DNA of 62,680 bases, filler included. It is 4 parts of 4 records of this genome, joined end to end, with 100 filler letters (N's around TTAATTAATTAA, not from the genome) between each part and the next. Parts side by side here need not be neighbours in the genome. Positions count along the whole stretch, not along the records: positions 1 to 30,010 come from SRR20825006_719; 3 more parts are not named here. The stretch is one strand, 5' to 3'. The translations under genes were made by a program, and so were the position numbers. The notes beneath the pieces are model-generated. The model saw only the letters and a program-made list of their open reading frames with translations, had not been told where the DNA came from and did no database searches. Shown here piece after piece: positions 19,179-30,010 of this stretch; position 1 is the stretch's first letter; every line of letters starts with the position of its first letter.

Positions 19179-20360
19179 ATGAAAAACGATTTCTTAAAAT
19201 ACCAAGCTCAGACAACACCACATCCTTTGGCATTAGAAATTTCGCATGCAAAAGGGAGTTATATTTACGACACTTCTGGTAAGAAACATTTAGATTTTGT
19301 TGCGGGAGTTTCTGCTTGCACTTTGGGGCATTGTCATCCACGTGTGATTTCAGCAATTAAAAATCAAGCTGAAAAATATTTACATGTTATGGTATATGGG
19401 GAATATATTCAAGAACCCGCTGTGGAACTTGCAAAACTACTTTCTAAAAACCTTCCGCAGAATTTGAACACCACCTATTTGGTAAATAGTGGTACTGAAG
19501 CAATTGAAGGCGCCTTAAAACTAGCGCGACGTGCAACTGGTAGAAGTCAAATTTTATATGCAAACAACGCGTATCACGGAAATACTATGGGCGCAATGAG
19601 TGTGATGGGTTTTGAGGAACGTAAAAATGCTTTTAAACCATTACTTCCGGATTGTTTTCCTATTAATTTCAATAATGAGGAAGATTTGCAGAAAATAAAT
19701 TCAGTAACTGCAGCTCTAATTTTAGAAACCATACAAGGTGGCGCTGGATTTATTCAACCTGAAAATGAGTATTTAAAAAAAGCGCGTCAACGTTGTGATG
19801 AAACGGGTACATTGTTAATACTTGATGAAATTCAACCTGGATTTGGACGAACAGGAAAACTTTTCGCTTTTGAACATTTTGGGATTGTTCCAGACATTTT
19901 GGCTGTAGGAAAAGGAATGGGAGGCGGCTTGCCTATTGGTGCATTTTCTGCATCGCACGACCTAATGGCATTACTTCAAGACAATCCAAAACTTGGCCAT
20001 ATAACCACTTTTGGAGGAAATCCTGTAATTGCGGCTGCTGCTTTGGCAACACTTCAGGAGTTGACAGAAACTGACTTAATTCAGCAAACACTTGAAAAAG
20101 AAAAGCTTTTTAGAAAACTCTTAAAACATCCGTTAATAAAAGAAGTTCGCGGTAAAGGCCTGATGTTAGCAGCAATGTTGGAATCTCCAGAAATTGCTTC
20201 CGAGGTAATTCTAGCTTGCAAAGAACAAGGATTGATACTTTTTTGGCTACTGTTTGAAGGTCGTGCGCTACGTATCACACCACCATTAACAATAACCAAT
20301 AACGAAATTGAAGCTGGTTGCAAAATACTGACAAGCGTTTTAAACAGCATTCAATCGTAA
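19179..20360 (+). CDS. class III PLP-dependent aminotransferase (ArgD-like)
   Basis: NSGTEAIEGALK, YHG, DEIQPGFGRTG, GKGMGGG, TTFGGNP. Confidence 0.93.
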   Translation: MKNDFLKYQAQTTPHPLALEISHAKGSYIYDTSGKKHLDFVAGVSACTLGHCHPRVISAIKNQAEKYLHVMVYGEYIQEPAVELAKLLSKNLPQNLNTTYLVNSGTEAIEGALKLARRATGRSQILYANNAYHGNTMGAMSVMGFEERKNAFKPLLPDCFPINFNNEEDLQKINSVTAALILETIQGGAGFIQPENEYLKKARQRCDETGTLLILDEIQPGFGRTGKLFAFEHFGIVPDILAVGKGMGGGLPIGAFSASHDLMALLQDNPKLGHITTFGGNPVIAAAALATLQELTETDLIQQTLEKEKLFRKLLKHPLIKEVRGKGLMLAAMLESPEIASEVILACKEQGLILFWLLFEGRALRITPPLTITNNEIEAGCKILTSVLNSIQS

Positions 20361-20504
20361 TAAAAAACATATAAATAATTGATTTTCAATTGATTAACAA
20401 ATGGCCGCTTGTTGATAAGTCCGTTAACAATAAAGACGGCATAACTATTGAACTTGATTATACATTAGTATCTTTAAAATAGAAGAAACCGTTAAACCGT
20501 GTGT

Positions 20505-21905
20505 ATGCAATTAAGTTCAAACGAACATAACAACTTCTCACTTGCCAGATTCGAATCTATGCTGAAAACCAACAGCGTTCTTTTTTTCGATTCAGAGGAA
20601 TTTGAAGAAATAGTGCACCACTATCTTGAAAACGGAAAAATTGCATTGGCTAAAAAAGCGACTAAGCTTGGCTTAGAACAACATCCTTCTTCAACAAATC
20701 TGAAGCTTTTTCAAATAGAAATGTACATTTTTGAAAACCAATTAGACATCGCCGATGAACTTTTGGATGAATTGTACCAATTAGAACAAAGCAATGAGGA
20801 AATATACATTCAAAAAGCAAATATTTTTTCACGACGTGATAAGCACAAAGAAGCAATTGTGCTTCTTGAGCAAGCATTAGAAATAACTGATGACGAAGCA
20901 GATGTACTGTCGTTATTAGGCATGGAATATCTTTTTATGGAAGATTACCAGAATGCCAAACATTATTTTATGAAGTGTTTAGAAGAAGATGAAGAGGATT
21001 ATTCAGCGCTCTACAATGTTATTTATTGCTTTGAATATCTTGATGAATATGAAGCTGCAATAGATTATTTGAATGATTTTCTAAACAAAAACCCTTATTG
21101 TGAAGTTGCTTGGCATCAAGTAGGAAAACAATATTACGAGCTAAAAGATTACAAAAAAGCACTTGCAGCTTTTGATTTTGCTATAATTAGTGATGACCGT
21201 TTTATTGGCGCCTACCTTGAAAAAGGAAAAGTGTTAGAAAAACTAAAACAATATGAAGAAGCTATTGAAAGCTACTCCATCACTTTAGGCTTAGACGACC
21301 CAACTTCATATGCATTATTACGTATTGGAAAATGCTATGAAAAACTTGGAAATGCTGAGATGGCACTTCAATTTTACACAAAATGTGTAGAAGAAGATTC
21401 CTTATTAGACAAGGGCTGGATTGCTATTACAGATTTTTACACTAAAAGTAAGCAATTTCAAAAAGCACTTTATTTCATTGAAAAAGCCATCAATATTGAC
21501 AGTGAAAATATACTTTACTGGAAACGATATGCTAAAATAAACAACCGTTTAAATCTTTTTGAAGAAGCTGAAGTAGGCTATAGAAAAGCCTTAGAACTTG
21601 GCAATTATGAACTTGAATCGTGGTTAACACGAGGTGATATTCTTACCAATTTAGGCGAATATGAAGCTGCAGTAAATAATTTTAATCAAGCTTTGGAATT
21701 TTATCCTCAGCATGCAGAAATAGAATACCGACTATCTGGGCTTTATTTTACGCTAAGCGAAAGTGATAAAGGAGCATTTCATTTAAAAAATGCCCTTAAA
21801 ACGGAATCTGATTATGTGATGATAATTGAAGAACTATTTCCGCTGGTTTATGAAATGAAAACAGTTAAAGAAATAATCAAACAACACAAAAATCCTTCTC
21901 TTTAA
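20505..21905 (+). CDS. tetratricopeptide repeat protein
   Basis: Multiple TPR-pattern helices. Confidence 0.88.
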   Translation: MQLSSNEHNNFSLARFESMLKTNSVLFFDSEEFEEIVHHYLENGKIALAKKATKLGLEQHPSSTNLKLFQIEMYIFENQLDIADELLDELYQLEQSNEEIYIQKANIFSRRDKHKEAIVLLEQALEITDDEADVLSLLGMEYLFMEDYQNAKHYFMKCLEEDEEDYSALYNVIYCFEYLDEYEAAIDYLNDFLNKNPYCEVAWHQVGKQYYELKDYKKALAAFDFAIISDDRFIGAYLEKGKVLEKLKQYEEAIESYSITLGLDDPTSYALLRIGKCYEKLGNAEMALQFYTKCVEEDSLLDKGWIAITDFYTKSKQFQKALYFIEKAINIDSENILYWKRYAKINNRLNLFEEAEVGYRKALELGNYELESWLTRGDILTNLGEYEAAVNNFNQALEFYPQHAEIEYRLSGLYFTLSESDKGAFHLKNALKTESDYVMIIEELFPLVYEMKTVKEIIKQHKNPSL

Positions 21906-21939
21906 TTTGTGTATTTTTGAAGCATAGCAAAAGAAAATT

Positions 21940-22920
21940 ATGCCTCAAAGAAATTTCCTTCAATACTTAATAATCACTGCAAAAGGCCTTGCAATGGGTG
22001 CTGCAGACGTAGTTCCAGGTGTGTCAGGCGGTACAATCGCCTTCATTTCTGGCATCTATGAAGAACTAATTCAAACCATCCATAATTTAGATTTAGGCTT
22101 TTTTAAAATCTGGAAAAAGGAAGGTGTTTGGAAGGCTTGGAAACATTATAATCTATCATTTTTAGTTGCTCTTTTTTCGGGTGTTTTCATTAGTATTATT
22201 TCTCTTGCAAAATTAATAACTTGGCTTTTAGACACCTATCCAATAATGATATGGGCGTTTTTCTTCGGGTTGGTCATTGCAAGCATTATATATGTAGGAA
22301 AGCAAGTAACAAATTGGAAAACACCAATAATAGTTGCTTTAGTGATAGCTTCAATACTATCATACTTAATTACAATTGCAGATCCTGTAGGTTCTCCTGA
22401 AAGTACATGGTTTTTATTTTTCGCTGGTTTTATTGCCATTATTGCAATGATACTACCGGGTATTTCAGGGTCATTTATACTTTTACTTTTAGGTGCTTAC
22501 ACTACTGTTATAGGGATTATAACACAGTTTGGTGAAGGAATAACAACTTTAAACAGCACACTTTTTTTTGGTGCACTCGGTAAACTTTCAGTTTTTGGAG
22601 TTGGTGCTATTTTGGGTTTAAAAATGTTTTCTCGAGTATTAAATTGGATGTTTAAACATCATAAAAATTTAATTTTGGCAGTGTTAACAGGGTTTATGAT
22701 AGGAGCACTCAATAAAATATGGCCATGGAAAGAAGTACTGCAATATAGAATGAGTCATGCAGGAGAAAAAGTACCTTTTATTGAAAAAAGCATCCTTCCA
22801 CAGCATTATGATGGTGAATCACAAATTGTGTACGCCATTATTTTTGCGACAATTGGATTCTTAACAATTTTCTTATTAGAAAGAATTGCTGGAAAAAAAG
22901 TTTCAATCGAAAGTGAATAG
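21940..22920 (+). CDS. DUF368 membrane protein (PopT-like undecaprenyl-phosphate translocase family)
   Basis: KGLAMGAADVVPGVSGGT and MILPGISGS motifs; polytopic. Confidence 0.9.
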   Translation: MPQRNFLQYLIITAKGLAMGAADVVPGVSGGTIAFISGIYEELIQTIHNLDLGFFKIWKKEGVWKAWKHYNLSFLVALFSGVFISIISLAKLITWLLDTYPIMIWAFFFGLVIASIIYVGKQVTNWKTPIIVALVIASILSYLITIADPVGSPESTWFLFFAGFIAIIAMILPGISGSFILLLLGAYTTVIGIITQFGEGITTLNSTLFFGALGKLSVFGVGAILGLKMFSRVLNWMFKHHKNLILAVLTGFMIGALNKIWPWKEVLQYRMSHAGEKVPFIEKSILPQHYDGESQIVYAIIFATIGFLTIFLLERIAGKKVSIESE

Positions 22921-22955
22921 CAAACAAGTAGAACCCTAAGCTCAGAAACAAACAA

Positions 22956-23978
22956 ATGCATCAAAACCGATCTTTTTCTGACAAAGTTTGGCTGGTCCTA
23001 AAAGGGCTCGGAATGGGTGCGGCAAATAAAGTTCCAGGGGTTTCGGGTGGCGTTGTGGCCTTTGTAGCTGGTTTTTATGAGGAGTTTATTTACTCTCTTC
23101 AAAAAGTGAATAAAAAAGCTTTCAAACTATTTTTTAACGGACGTTTTAAAAGCTTTTATAAATATACCAACGGGCAGTTTTTAAGCCTTCTTATATTGGG
23201 AATGGTAATCAGCTATTTTAGCGTTTCCAAACTTCTAGATTACTTAATTGTACATTATGAATTATATGTTTGGAGTGCTTTCTTCGGAATGATTATAGGC
23301 TCTATATATTTCATTGCAAAAGATTTTGGCGACTGGAATAGGAAGTATGTAATTTACCTGCTTTGTGGGGTTATTGCTGGAGTAGCCATAAGTTTTCTCG
23401 AGCCTGCAAAGGAAAATAGCAACCTCTTTTTTGTTTTCTTCTGCGGAATTATAAGCGTCTCTGGAATGACCTTACCTGGGCTTTCTGGCTCTTTTATTTT
23501 GATGCTTTTTGGAAATTATGTATTGCTTTTAGTAGATTCTGTTAACGCTCTTTTTGATACGTTTGCCAATATTATTCAATTAGATTTCAGTTGGATTTAT
23601 AATACAGAAAGAATTGAGCTCTTAAAGGTTTTAGCCGTATTCTCATTAGGTTCATTAGTAGGTTTAGTTTCTCTTTCACATCTTTTAGCGTATGTTTTAA
23701 AGCGCTTTAAAAAAGCTACCTATGCAGTTATTATTGGGTTTATAGCTGGTTCCCTAGGTGTTGTTTGGCCTTGGAAAGAAAAAAAATATGCGCTTGATAG
23801 TTTAGGTGAAATTCAATTTGACGCTAATGGAAGAGAAATAATAAATGGCTATAATCGTTTTTTTCCTTCAGAAATTAATACGGAAACAATCCTTGCTGTT
23901 TTTTTTATAATCATCGGAGTTTTAATTGTGCTAAGTCTAGATTGGTATGATACTCATAAAAATAAACAACATGTCTAA
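22956..23978 (+). CDS. DUF368 membrane protein, second paralog
   Basis: GMGAANKVPGVSGG and MTLPGLSGS motifs. Confidence 0.88.
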   Translation: MHQNRSFSDKVWLVLKGLGMGAANKVPGVSGGVVAFVAGFYEEFIYSLQKVNKKAFKLFFNGRFKSFYKYTNGQFLSLLILGMVISYFSVSKLLDYLIVHYELYVWSAFFGMIIGSIYFIAKDFGDWNRKYVIYLLCGVIAGVAISFLEPAKENSNLFFVFFCGIISVSGMTLPGLSGSFILMLFGNYVLLLVDSVNALFDTFANIIQLDFSWIYNTERIELLKVLAVFSLGSLVGLVSLSHLLAYVLKRFKKATYAVIIGFIAGSLGVVWPWKEKKYALDSLGEIQFDANGREIINGYNRFFPSEINTETILAVFFIIIGVLIVLSLDWYDTHKNKQHV

Positions 23979-24702
23979 TTTTGGATTGGTAGGCAAAAAC
24001 ATTGATTATTCTTTTTCAAAAAATTTCTTTTCTAAAAAATTTGAAAAGGAAAACCTTCCTCATTCTTATAACAATTTTGACCTTTCTTCAATAGATTTAT
24101 TTCCGAAGCTAATTTCAGAAACTACAAATTTAAAAGGATTAAATGTTACAATTCCCTATAAAGAGTTAGTAATTCCTTATCTAGATGAAATAGACATTGA
24201 AGCCAAAAAAATAGGTGCGGTAAACACGATTAAAATTTCAAAAGAAAATAAACTTATAGGATTTAATACGGACTGTTTTGGGTTTCAGAAATCCCTTGAA
24301 AATTTTTTACCACTTCAAAAAAAAACAGCACTAATTTTAGGAACGGGAGGTGCTTCAAAAGCAGTGGCTTATGTGTTAAAAAAGCTAGAGTTTGATTTTA
24401 AATTTGTGAGTAGAACGGAAAACTCATTAAATATAAATTACACTACTTTAAACAAAGAGCTAATTGAAAACCACCTGTTAATTATTAACTGTACTCCATT
24501 GGGAACATTTCCGAATGTTTTGGATTGTCCACCAATTCCGTATCAATTTTTAACAAAAGAACATTTGCTTTTCGATTTAATTTACAATCCTACTGAAACT
24601 GAATTTTTAAAGCGCGGAAGGCTTCAAAACACTAAAACAACTAATGGTTTGATAATGTTAGAACTCCAAGCTGAAAAAGCTTGGGAGATTTGGAATTCAT
24701 GA
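23971..24702 (+). CDS. aroE: shikimate dehydrogenase
   Basis: SFS, NVTIPYK, GAVNT, NTD, GTGGASKA, DLIYNP. Confidence 0.94.
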   Translation: MSNFGLVGKNIDYSFSKNFFSKKFEKENLPHSYNNFDLSSIDLFPKLISETTNLKGLNVTIPYKELVIPYLDEIDIEAKKIGAVNTIKISKENKLIGFNTDCFGFQKSLENFLPLQKKTALILGTGGASKAVAYVLKKLEFDFKFVSRTENSLNINYTTLNKELIENHLLIINCTPLGTFPNVLDCPPIPYQFLTKEHLLFDLIYNPTETEFLKRGRLQNTKTTNGLIMLELQAEKAWEIWNS

Positions 24703-24804
24703 ATTTCAGATAAAAACATTCAAAAAAACGCCGTGTGCTTTGCCAAGTGCACAGTTGTTAGTATCTTGAGCATCCAATAAAAACGAACCTAAACATTGAA
24801 ACAA

Positions 24805-26799
24805 ATGTCTGACGAAAAATTATCTCAGGAAGAAAACGAAAAAGAAATACCAACTACAAATTCGGTTGATGAAACACAAACTACTTCTGAAAAGGTAGAA
24901 AACTCAACAACTGAAACACCTGAAACAGCTTCAGAAGAAAAAACAAAAGACACTTCAAAAACTACTGAAAATATTTCTGAAAAGGAAATAATACCTGTTA
25001 TAGAAGCTACTGAAATTGAAGAAGATGAAGAAGAAATAAAATCTTCTGAAGATGATGATGAGGAACATGATGAAGAAGTGCAAAAAGATTATAGCACGCT
25101 TTCTAAAAAAGAATTGGTTTCTGAACTTGAGAATTTGCTAAATAGCAAAAAAATTCAAGACTTAAAGCACGATGTTGAGGAAATCCGCTCAGAGTTCAAC
25201 AGTCAATTTAATGACGAATTAGAGCAGAAAAAAGAAGAATTTCTTGCTGAGGGCGGAAATATTATTGATTTTCAATACACTACTCCGCTAAAAAAAGAAT
25301 TCAACTCGCTTTACTTTGATTATAAAGAGAAGCGAAATACGCATTACAAAACCTTAAAAAATAATCTTCAAGCCAATCTAGACAAACGTTGGGAGCTTAT
25401 TGAAGAACTTAAAGGTCTTTTAAGTGCAGAGGAAAATATAAATACAACTTACAAGCATTTTAAAGATATTCAAGAAAAATGGCATGTTGCTGGTGCAATT
25501 CCGCGTGATAAGTACAACACTGTTTGGAATACATATCATCATCACGTTGAAAATTTTTATGATTTCCTTCACCTAAACAGAGAGTTTAGAGATCTTGATT
25601 TTAAGCACAATCTAGACAGTAAGTTAAAATTGATAACACGTGCTGAGGAATTAGGCCAAGAAGAAGATGTAAATAAAGCATTCCGTGAGCTTCAAATGCT
25701 TCACAAAATGTGGAAAGAAGATATTGGCCCTGTAGCCAAAGAATATCGTGATGAAGTTTGGGACAAATTTAGCGAAGCAACGAAAGTTATCCATGATAAG
25801 CGCCAAGAGCAATTGGCAACTTTGGAGAAGGATTTTGTAGCAAATTACGAGAAGAAAAAACAACTTGTTGAAGAAATAAAAAAAGCTACAGAAGAAGCTA
25901 AACCGAGTCACCAAGGTTGGCAAAATGCTATTAAAAAAGTACAAGAACTACGTGATGCATTTTTCAATACTGGCCGTGTACCAAGAGCAAATAATAAAGA
26001 AATCTGGAAAATATTTAAGGAGGCTACGGGCAACTTTAATCACCAGAAAAACAGTTTCTACAAAAACCAAAAAAAGGAACAATACACCAACCTTGAAAAG
26101 AAACTTGAGCTTATAAAGATTGCTGAAGACAATAAGGATAGTGAGGATTTTGATGTGACAACAGCATTAATGAAAAAAATCCAAAACGACTGGAAGAATA
26201 TTGGTCACGTACCAAGAAAGGAAAGTGATAAAATTTGGAAACAATTTAAAAAAGCATGTAACGATTATTTTGATCGTCTTCACGCCCAAAAGAATGATGC
26301 CAATAAAGAAGAGGTTGTTCATTTTGAGGCGAAGCAACAAATGCTAGATAAACTAGCTGGATTTGAATTAAGCGGAGACCATAAAGCTGATATAAAAGCA
26401 ATAAAAGAACAAATTACGGCTTGGAAAGAAATTGGCCGGGTACCATACAACAAACGTAATATTGAGCAAAAATTCAATAAAACACTCGACGGACTTTTTT
26501 CTAAATTAGATTTAGGTAAAAAAGAAACGGAGCTTATTAAATTTGACAACAAGCTAAATACACTCGTAAACCGTGAAGATGAAAGAAAACTTCAAAACGA
26601 GCATTTCTTTATTTCTAAAAAGATTGACGAAACTAAAGATGAAATTCGTCAGTTAGAAAATAACTTAGGTTTTTTCCATCATGTAGATGAAAATAATCCG
26701 TTAGTAAAAGAAGTACATAAAAATATTGCTAGACACAAAGAACAACTTGATGTTTGGAAAGCTAAACTTTCAAAAATTAAGGAAGTAAGAGAAGATTAA
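24805..26799 (+). CDS. DUF349 domain-containing protein
   Basis: Acidic low-complexity N-terminus; repeated WK.IG.VP...W..F helical units. Confidence 0.88.
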   Translation: MSDEKLSQEENEKEIPTTNSVDETQTTSEKVENSTTETPETASEEKTKDTSKTTENISEKEIIPVIEATEIEEDEEEIKSSEDDDEEHDEEVQKDYSTLSKKELVSELENLLNSKKIQDLKHDVEEIRSEFNSQFNDELEQKKEEFLAEGGNIIDFQYTTPLKKEFNSLYFDYKEKRNTHYKTLKNNLQANLDKRWELIEELKGLLSAEENINTTYKHFKDIQEKWHVAGAIPRDKYNTVWNTYHHHVENFYDFLHLNREFRDLDFKHNLDSKLKLITRAEELGQEEDVNKAFRELQMLHKMWKEDIGPVAKEYRDEVWDKFSEATKVIHDKRQEQLATLEKDFVANYEKKKQLVEEIKKATEEAKPSHQGWQNAIKKVQELRDAFFNTGRVPRANNKEIWKIFKEATGNFNHQKNSFYKNQKKEQYTNLEKKLELIKIAEDNKDSEDFDVTTALMKKIQNDWKNIGHVPRKESDKIWKQFKKACNDYFDRLHAQKNDANKEEVVHFEAKQQMLDKLAGFELSGDHKADIKAIKEQITAWKEIGRVPYNKRNIEQKFNKTLDGLFSKLDLGKKETELIKFDNKLNTLVNREDERKLQNEHFFISKKIDETKDEIRQLENNLGFFHHVDENNPLVKEVHKNIARHKEQLDVWKAKLSKIKEVRED

Positions 26800-26801
26800 A
26801 C

Positions 26802-26836
26802 AAAAAGTGCCGGGTTTAAATCCGGCACTTTTTTTT
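26802..26836. terminator. bidirectional intrinsic terminator
   Basis: AAAAAGTGCCGG-GTTTAAAT-CCGGCACTTTTTTTT between convergent genes. Confidence 0.85.
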
Positions 26837-26854
26837 AACTATTTTATTTATTAC

Positions 26855-27628
26855 TTACTGTTTTTTCGCTTCTTCCCAAAAAACATCCATTTCTGCAAGT
26901 GTCATATCTTTTAGGGATTTATTCATTCCCTTTGCTTTACTTTCTAGATATTGAAAACGTTTAATAAATTTTTTATTGGTACGTTCCAGTGCGTTTTCAG
27001 GGTTTACTTTTAAAAACCTTGCGTAGTTAATCATAGAAAAAAGAACATCGCCAAATTCGGCTTCTATTTTTTCTTGATTGTTTTCATTGATTTCATGTTG
27101 CAACTCACCCAATTCTTCCTGTAGTTTTTCAAAAACTTGCTGGGGTTCTTCCCAATCAAAGCCAACACCCGCTACTTTATCTTGAATTCTACTTGCTTTC
27201 ACTAATGCAGGCAATGATTTTGGAACACCTTCCAAAACACTGCTTTTACCCTCTTTGAGTTTTAAGTTTTCCCAATTTTTTTTCACCTCTTCTTCATCAG
27301 CAACTTTAACATCGCCATAAATATGTGGATGTCGTGAAATTAATTTCTCACAAATACTATTACAAACATCTGCTATGTCAAAATCATTCGTTTCGCTTCC
27401 TATTTTAGCATAAAAAACAAGATGTAATAGCACATCGCCCAATTCTTTTTTAACTTCATCCAAATCATTATCTAGAATTGCATCGCCTAGTTCGTAGGTT
27501 TCCTCAATTGTTAGGTGGCGAAGACTTTCCATGGTTTGTTTTTTATCCCAAGGGCATTGCTCTCGCAACTCATCCATAATAGTTAAAAGTCTATCAAAAG
27601 CTTTTAATTGATCTTCTCTTGAATTCAT
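26855..27628 (-). CDS. mazG: nucleoside triphosphate pyrophosphohydrolase MazG
   Basis: CPWDKKQT, EETYE, ELGDVLL, RHPH; tandem MazG domains. Confidence 0.96.
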   Translation of the reverse strand: MNSREDQLKAFDRLLTIMDELREQCPWDKKQTMESLRHLTIEETYELGDAILDNDLDEVKKELGDVLLHLVFYAKIGSETNDFDIADVCNSICEKLISRHPHIYGDVKVADEEEVKKNWENLKLKEGKSSVLEGVPKSLPALVKASRIQDKVAGVGFDWEEPQQVFEKLQEELGELQHEINENNQEKIEAEFGDVLFSMINYARFLKVNPENALERTNKKFIKRFQYLESKAKGMNKSLKDMTLAEMDVFWEEAKKQ

Positions 27629-27664
27629 ATTTGAAATATTCAGTAGTTTTGAATGTAATTAAAG

Positions 27665-27698
27665 AAAAAAATCCCGAAAGTAATTACTAACGGGATTT
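27665..27698 (-). terminator. intrinsic terminator after DUF5606 gene
   Basis: AAATCCCG...CGGGATTT stem; plus-strand A-run reads as a U-tract on the minus strand. Confidence 0.65.
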
Positions 27699-27724
27699 AA
27701 ATTAATGAAAATTACTTTTCAATT

Positions 27725-28270
27725 TTAGGTTTTACGTGAAGCTGCACTTTTAGTAGCTCCTCCTTTTTTTGCAGAAGATGCCTTTGCTGAAGCTGATTTT
27801 GGTGTTGTTGCCTTTGGAGCGGCACCTTTTTTAGTTGCAGCAGCTTTTACTTCTTTTTCCGTTTCAGTAGGTTCTTCTTTTGGCTCAGAAAAATCTGTAA
27901 TTCCATTTTTCACTAGCATATTGTACCACTGTACAACTTTCTTTATATCACTTGCATATACACGATCTTCATCATAATCTGGCATAACACTAAAGAAGTA
28001 CTCCTCCAATTCTTCTTTTGAAGCCTTGTGGTTTATCGCTTCTTTACCCTCTTCTTTTTCAGAAATCTTTTTGAAGACTTCACGAAGTGGAACTTCTTCT
28101 GAAAGTGTATATATCGCAATTTCAGAAAGCAAGCTCACATTGTGGCGGCCACTTACATTTATGGTTTTTCCATCCAAAAGCGATTCTGCAAGAAATCCTG
28201 CACGGGTTTGGGTTTTCAATTTATATAGACCGGGTTTACCGGCTATGGATAGCACTTTTTCTAAGCTCAT
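27725..28270 (-). CDS. DUF5606 family protein with Lys/Ala-rich C-terminal tail
   Basis: ISIAGKPGLYK-type start, YDEDRVYASDIKKVVQWYN; conserved position next to def. Confidence 0.82.
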   Translation of the reverse strand: MSLEKVLSIAGKPGLYKLKTQTRAGFLAESLLDGKTINVSGRHNVSLLSEIAIYTLSEEVPLREVFKKISEKEEGKEAINHKASKEELEEYFFSVMPDYDEDRVYASDIKKVVQWYNMLVKNGITDFSEPKEEPTETEKEVKAAATKKGAAPKATTPKSASAKASSAKKGGATKSAASRKT

Positions 28271-28335
28271 AAAATCCTTTTAAAATGTTATAATGGATGC
28301 AAATATCTTTGGTTTGGTTTATATTTCCAAAAGAG

Positions 28336-28926
28336 TTAACGTTTCTTTTTTGCATTTGGGAATTTCATCCGATAATCAACCCCTACTTTTCCTCTAGAAA
28401 TATTTGTCAATTTACTTTTTATCAACCTTTTCTTTAAAGGTGAAAGCTTGTCAGTGAACAAAATACCTTCAATATGGTCGTATTCATGCTGAATAATTCG
28501 GGCTACAATTCCACTAAAATTTTCTGTATGTTTTTTAAAATTTTCATCTTCATATTCCATAACGATGTTTGGCTGTCTAAAAACATCTTCACGCACATCG
28601 GGAATACTCAAACAACCTTCATTAAATGCCCATTCATCACCAGATTCTTCAATTATTTTTGGATTAATAAAAACTTTTTTGAAGGTTGAAACAAATTTTT
28701 GTTCTTCTTCAGAAAGCTCATCATCATCCTCAAACGGAGTTGCATCTACTATAAAAAGACGGACAGCGACACCAATTTGTGGTGCAGCTAAACCAATTCC
28801 GCGAGCTTCATACATGGTTTCAAACATGTTTTCTAAAAGCACGTCAAGTTTTGGGTAATCCTTAGTAATTTCTTCAGTTTCTTTTCTTAAAACTGGATCG
28901 CCGTAGGCTACAATCGGTACTATCAT
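28336..28926 (-). CDS. def: peptide deformylase
   Basis: GIGLAAPQIG, EGCLS, QHEYDH. Confidence 0.97.
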   Translation of the reverse strand: MIVPIVAYGDPVLRKETEEITKDYPKLDVLLENMFETMYEARGIGLAAPQIGVAVRLFIVDATPFEDDDELSEEEQKFVSTFKKVFINPKIIEESGDEWAFNEGCLSIPDVREDVFRQPNIVMEYEDENFKKHTENFSGIVARIIQHEYDHIEGILFTDKLSPLKKRLIKSKLTNISRGKVGVDYRMKFPNAKKKR

Positions 28927-28996
28927 TTTTATTTTCTATTATTATTTATTGAAGCAGTTGCTCACTGAAAATTGGTGTTGCAAACTTCTTTAAAAT

Positions 28997-29407
28997 CTAT
29001 TTATTATAAAGGTATTCTTGTAGAATAATGGTTGCGCTAATCTCGTCAACCAATGCTTTATTCTGGCGCTGTTTCTTTTTTAAACCGCTATCAATCATTG
29101 TTTGAAAAGCCATTTTACTAGTATAACGCTCATCTACACGTTTTACCTCTAGATTGGAAAATACATTTGAAAATTTCTTTAAAAACTTCTGAATTTCTGC
29201 TTCAATATTGGAGTGTGTTCCATCCTTTTGTTTAGGTTCTCCCACTAAAACAAGTTCCACTTTTTCTGAAGCAATATATTCCTTCAAAAAATTCATTAAA
29301 TCGGCAGTAGGTACTGTTTTTAAACCTGAAGCAATTAACTGTAACTCGTCTGTAATGGCGATTCCTGTGCGTTTACTTCCATAATCTAATGCTAAAATCC
29401 TTCCCAT
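28997..29407 (-). CDS. ruvX: Holliday junction resolvase-like protein RuvX/YqgF
   Basis: ILALDYGSKRTGIA, VDERYTS, VDEISA. Confidence 0.95.
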   Translation of the reverse strand: MGRILALDYGSKRTGIAITDELQLIASGLKTVPTADLMNFLKEYIASEKVELVLVGEPKQKDGTHSNIEAEIQKFLKKFSNVFSNLEVKRVDERYTSKMAFQTMIDSGLKKKQRQNKALVDEISATIILQEYLYNK

Positions 29408-29572
29408 ATAGACTGCAAAAATAAGGGTTTCGGAAATAGTATGCTAAAAATGAACCATTAATTGAGATTGAGGTTTTATATTTGTATGAAAATAGATATT
29501 TATTAAAATAGGAGTGTTTCGTAAAAAATGAAGTTCTCATCAATAAAATATAATTTATAGTATCAAAAGAAT

Positions 29573-30010
29573 ATGACCGAACTACAGCAAACCATAGAAA
29601 AAGCTTGGGATGACCGCTCGCTACTTTCCGAAACAGAAACAATAAACGCAATCCGCGAAGTAGTAAACCTTTGTGATGAAGGAACCTTGCGTTGTGCTGA
29701 ACCAACAGAAAACGGTTGGCAAGTAAATGAATGGGTAAAAAAGGCGATAGTTCTTTATTTTCCAATCCAAAAAATGGAAACATTAGAAGCTGGAATATTT
29801 GAATATCATGATAAAATTCCTTTAAAAAGAGGTTACGAAGCTAAAGGCATTCGCGTGGTGCCACATGCTGTTGCGCGTCATGGCGCCTATATTTCTAAAG
29901 GTGTTATTTTAATGCCAAGTTATGTAAATATTGGTGCTTATGTAGATGAAGGTACAATGGTTGATACGTGGGCTACTGTGGGTAGTTGTGCACAAATTGG
30001 TAAAAATGTA
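29573..30010 (+). CDS. dapD: tetrahydrodipicolinate N-succinyltransferase (truncated by contig end)
   Basis: WQVNEWVKKA, DKIPLK, LMPSYVNIGAYVDEGTMVDTWATVGSCAQIG. Confidence 0.95.

Noticed and set aside
20361-20504. Possible replication origin (TGTTGATAA, AT-rich)
   Set aside because: A single imperfect DnaA-like box in a short intergenic region is insufficient.
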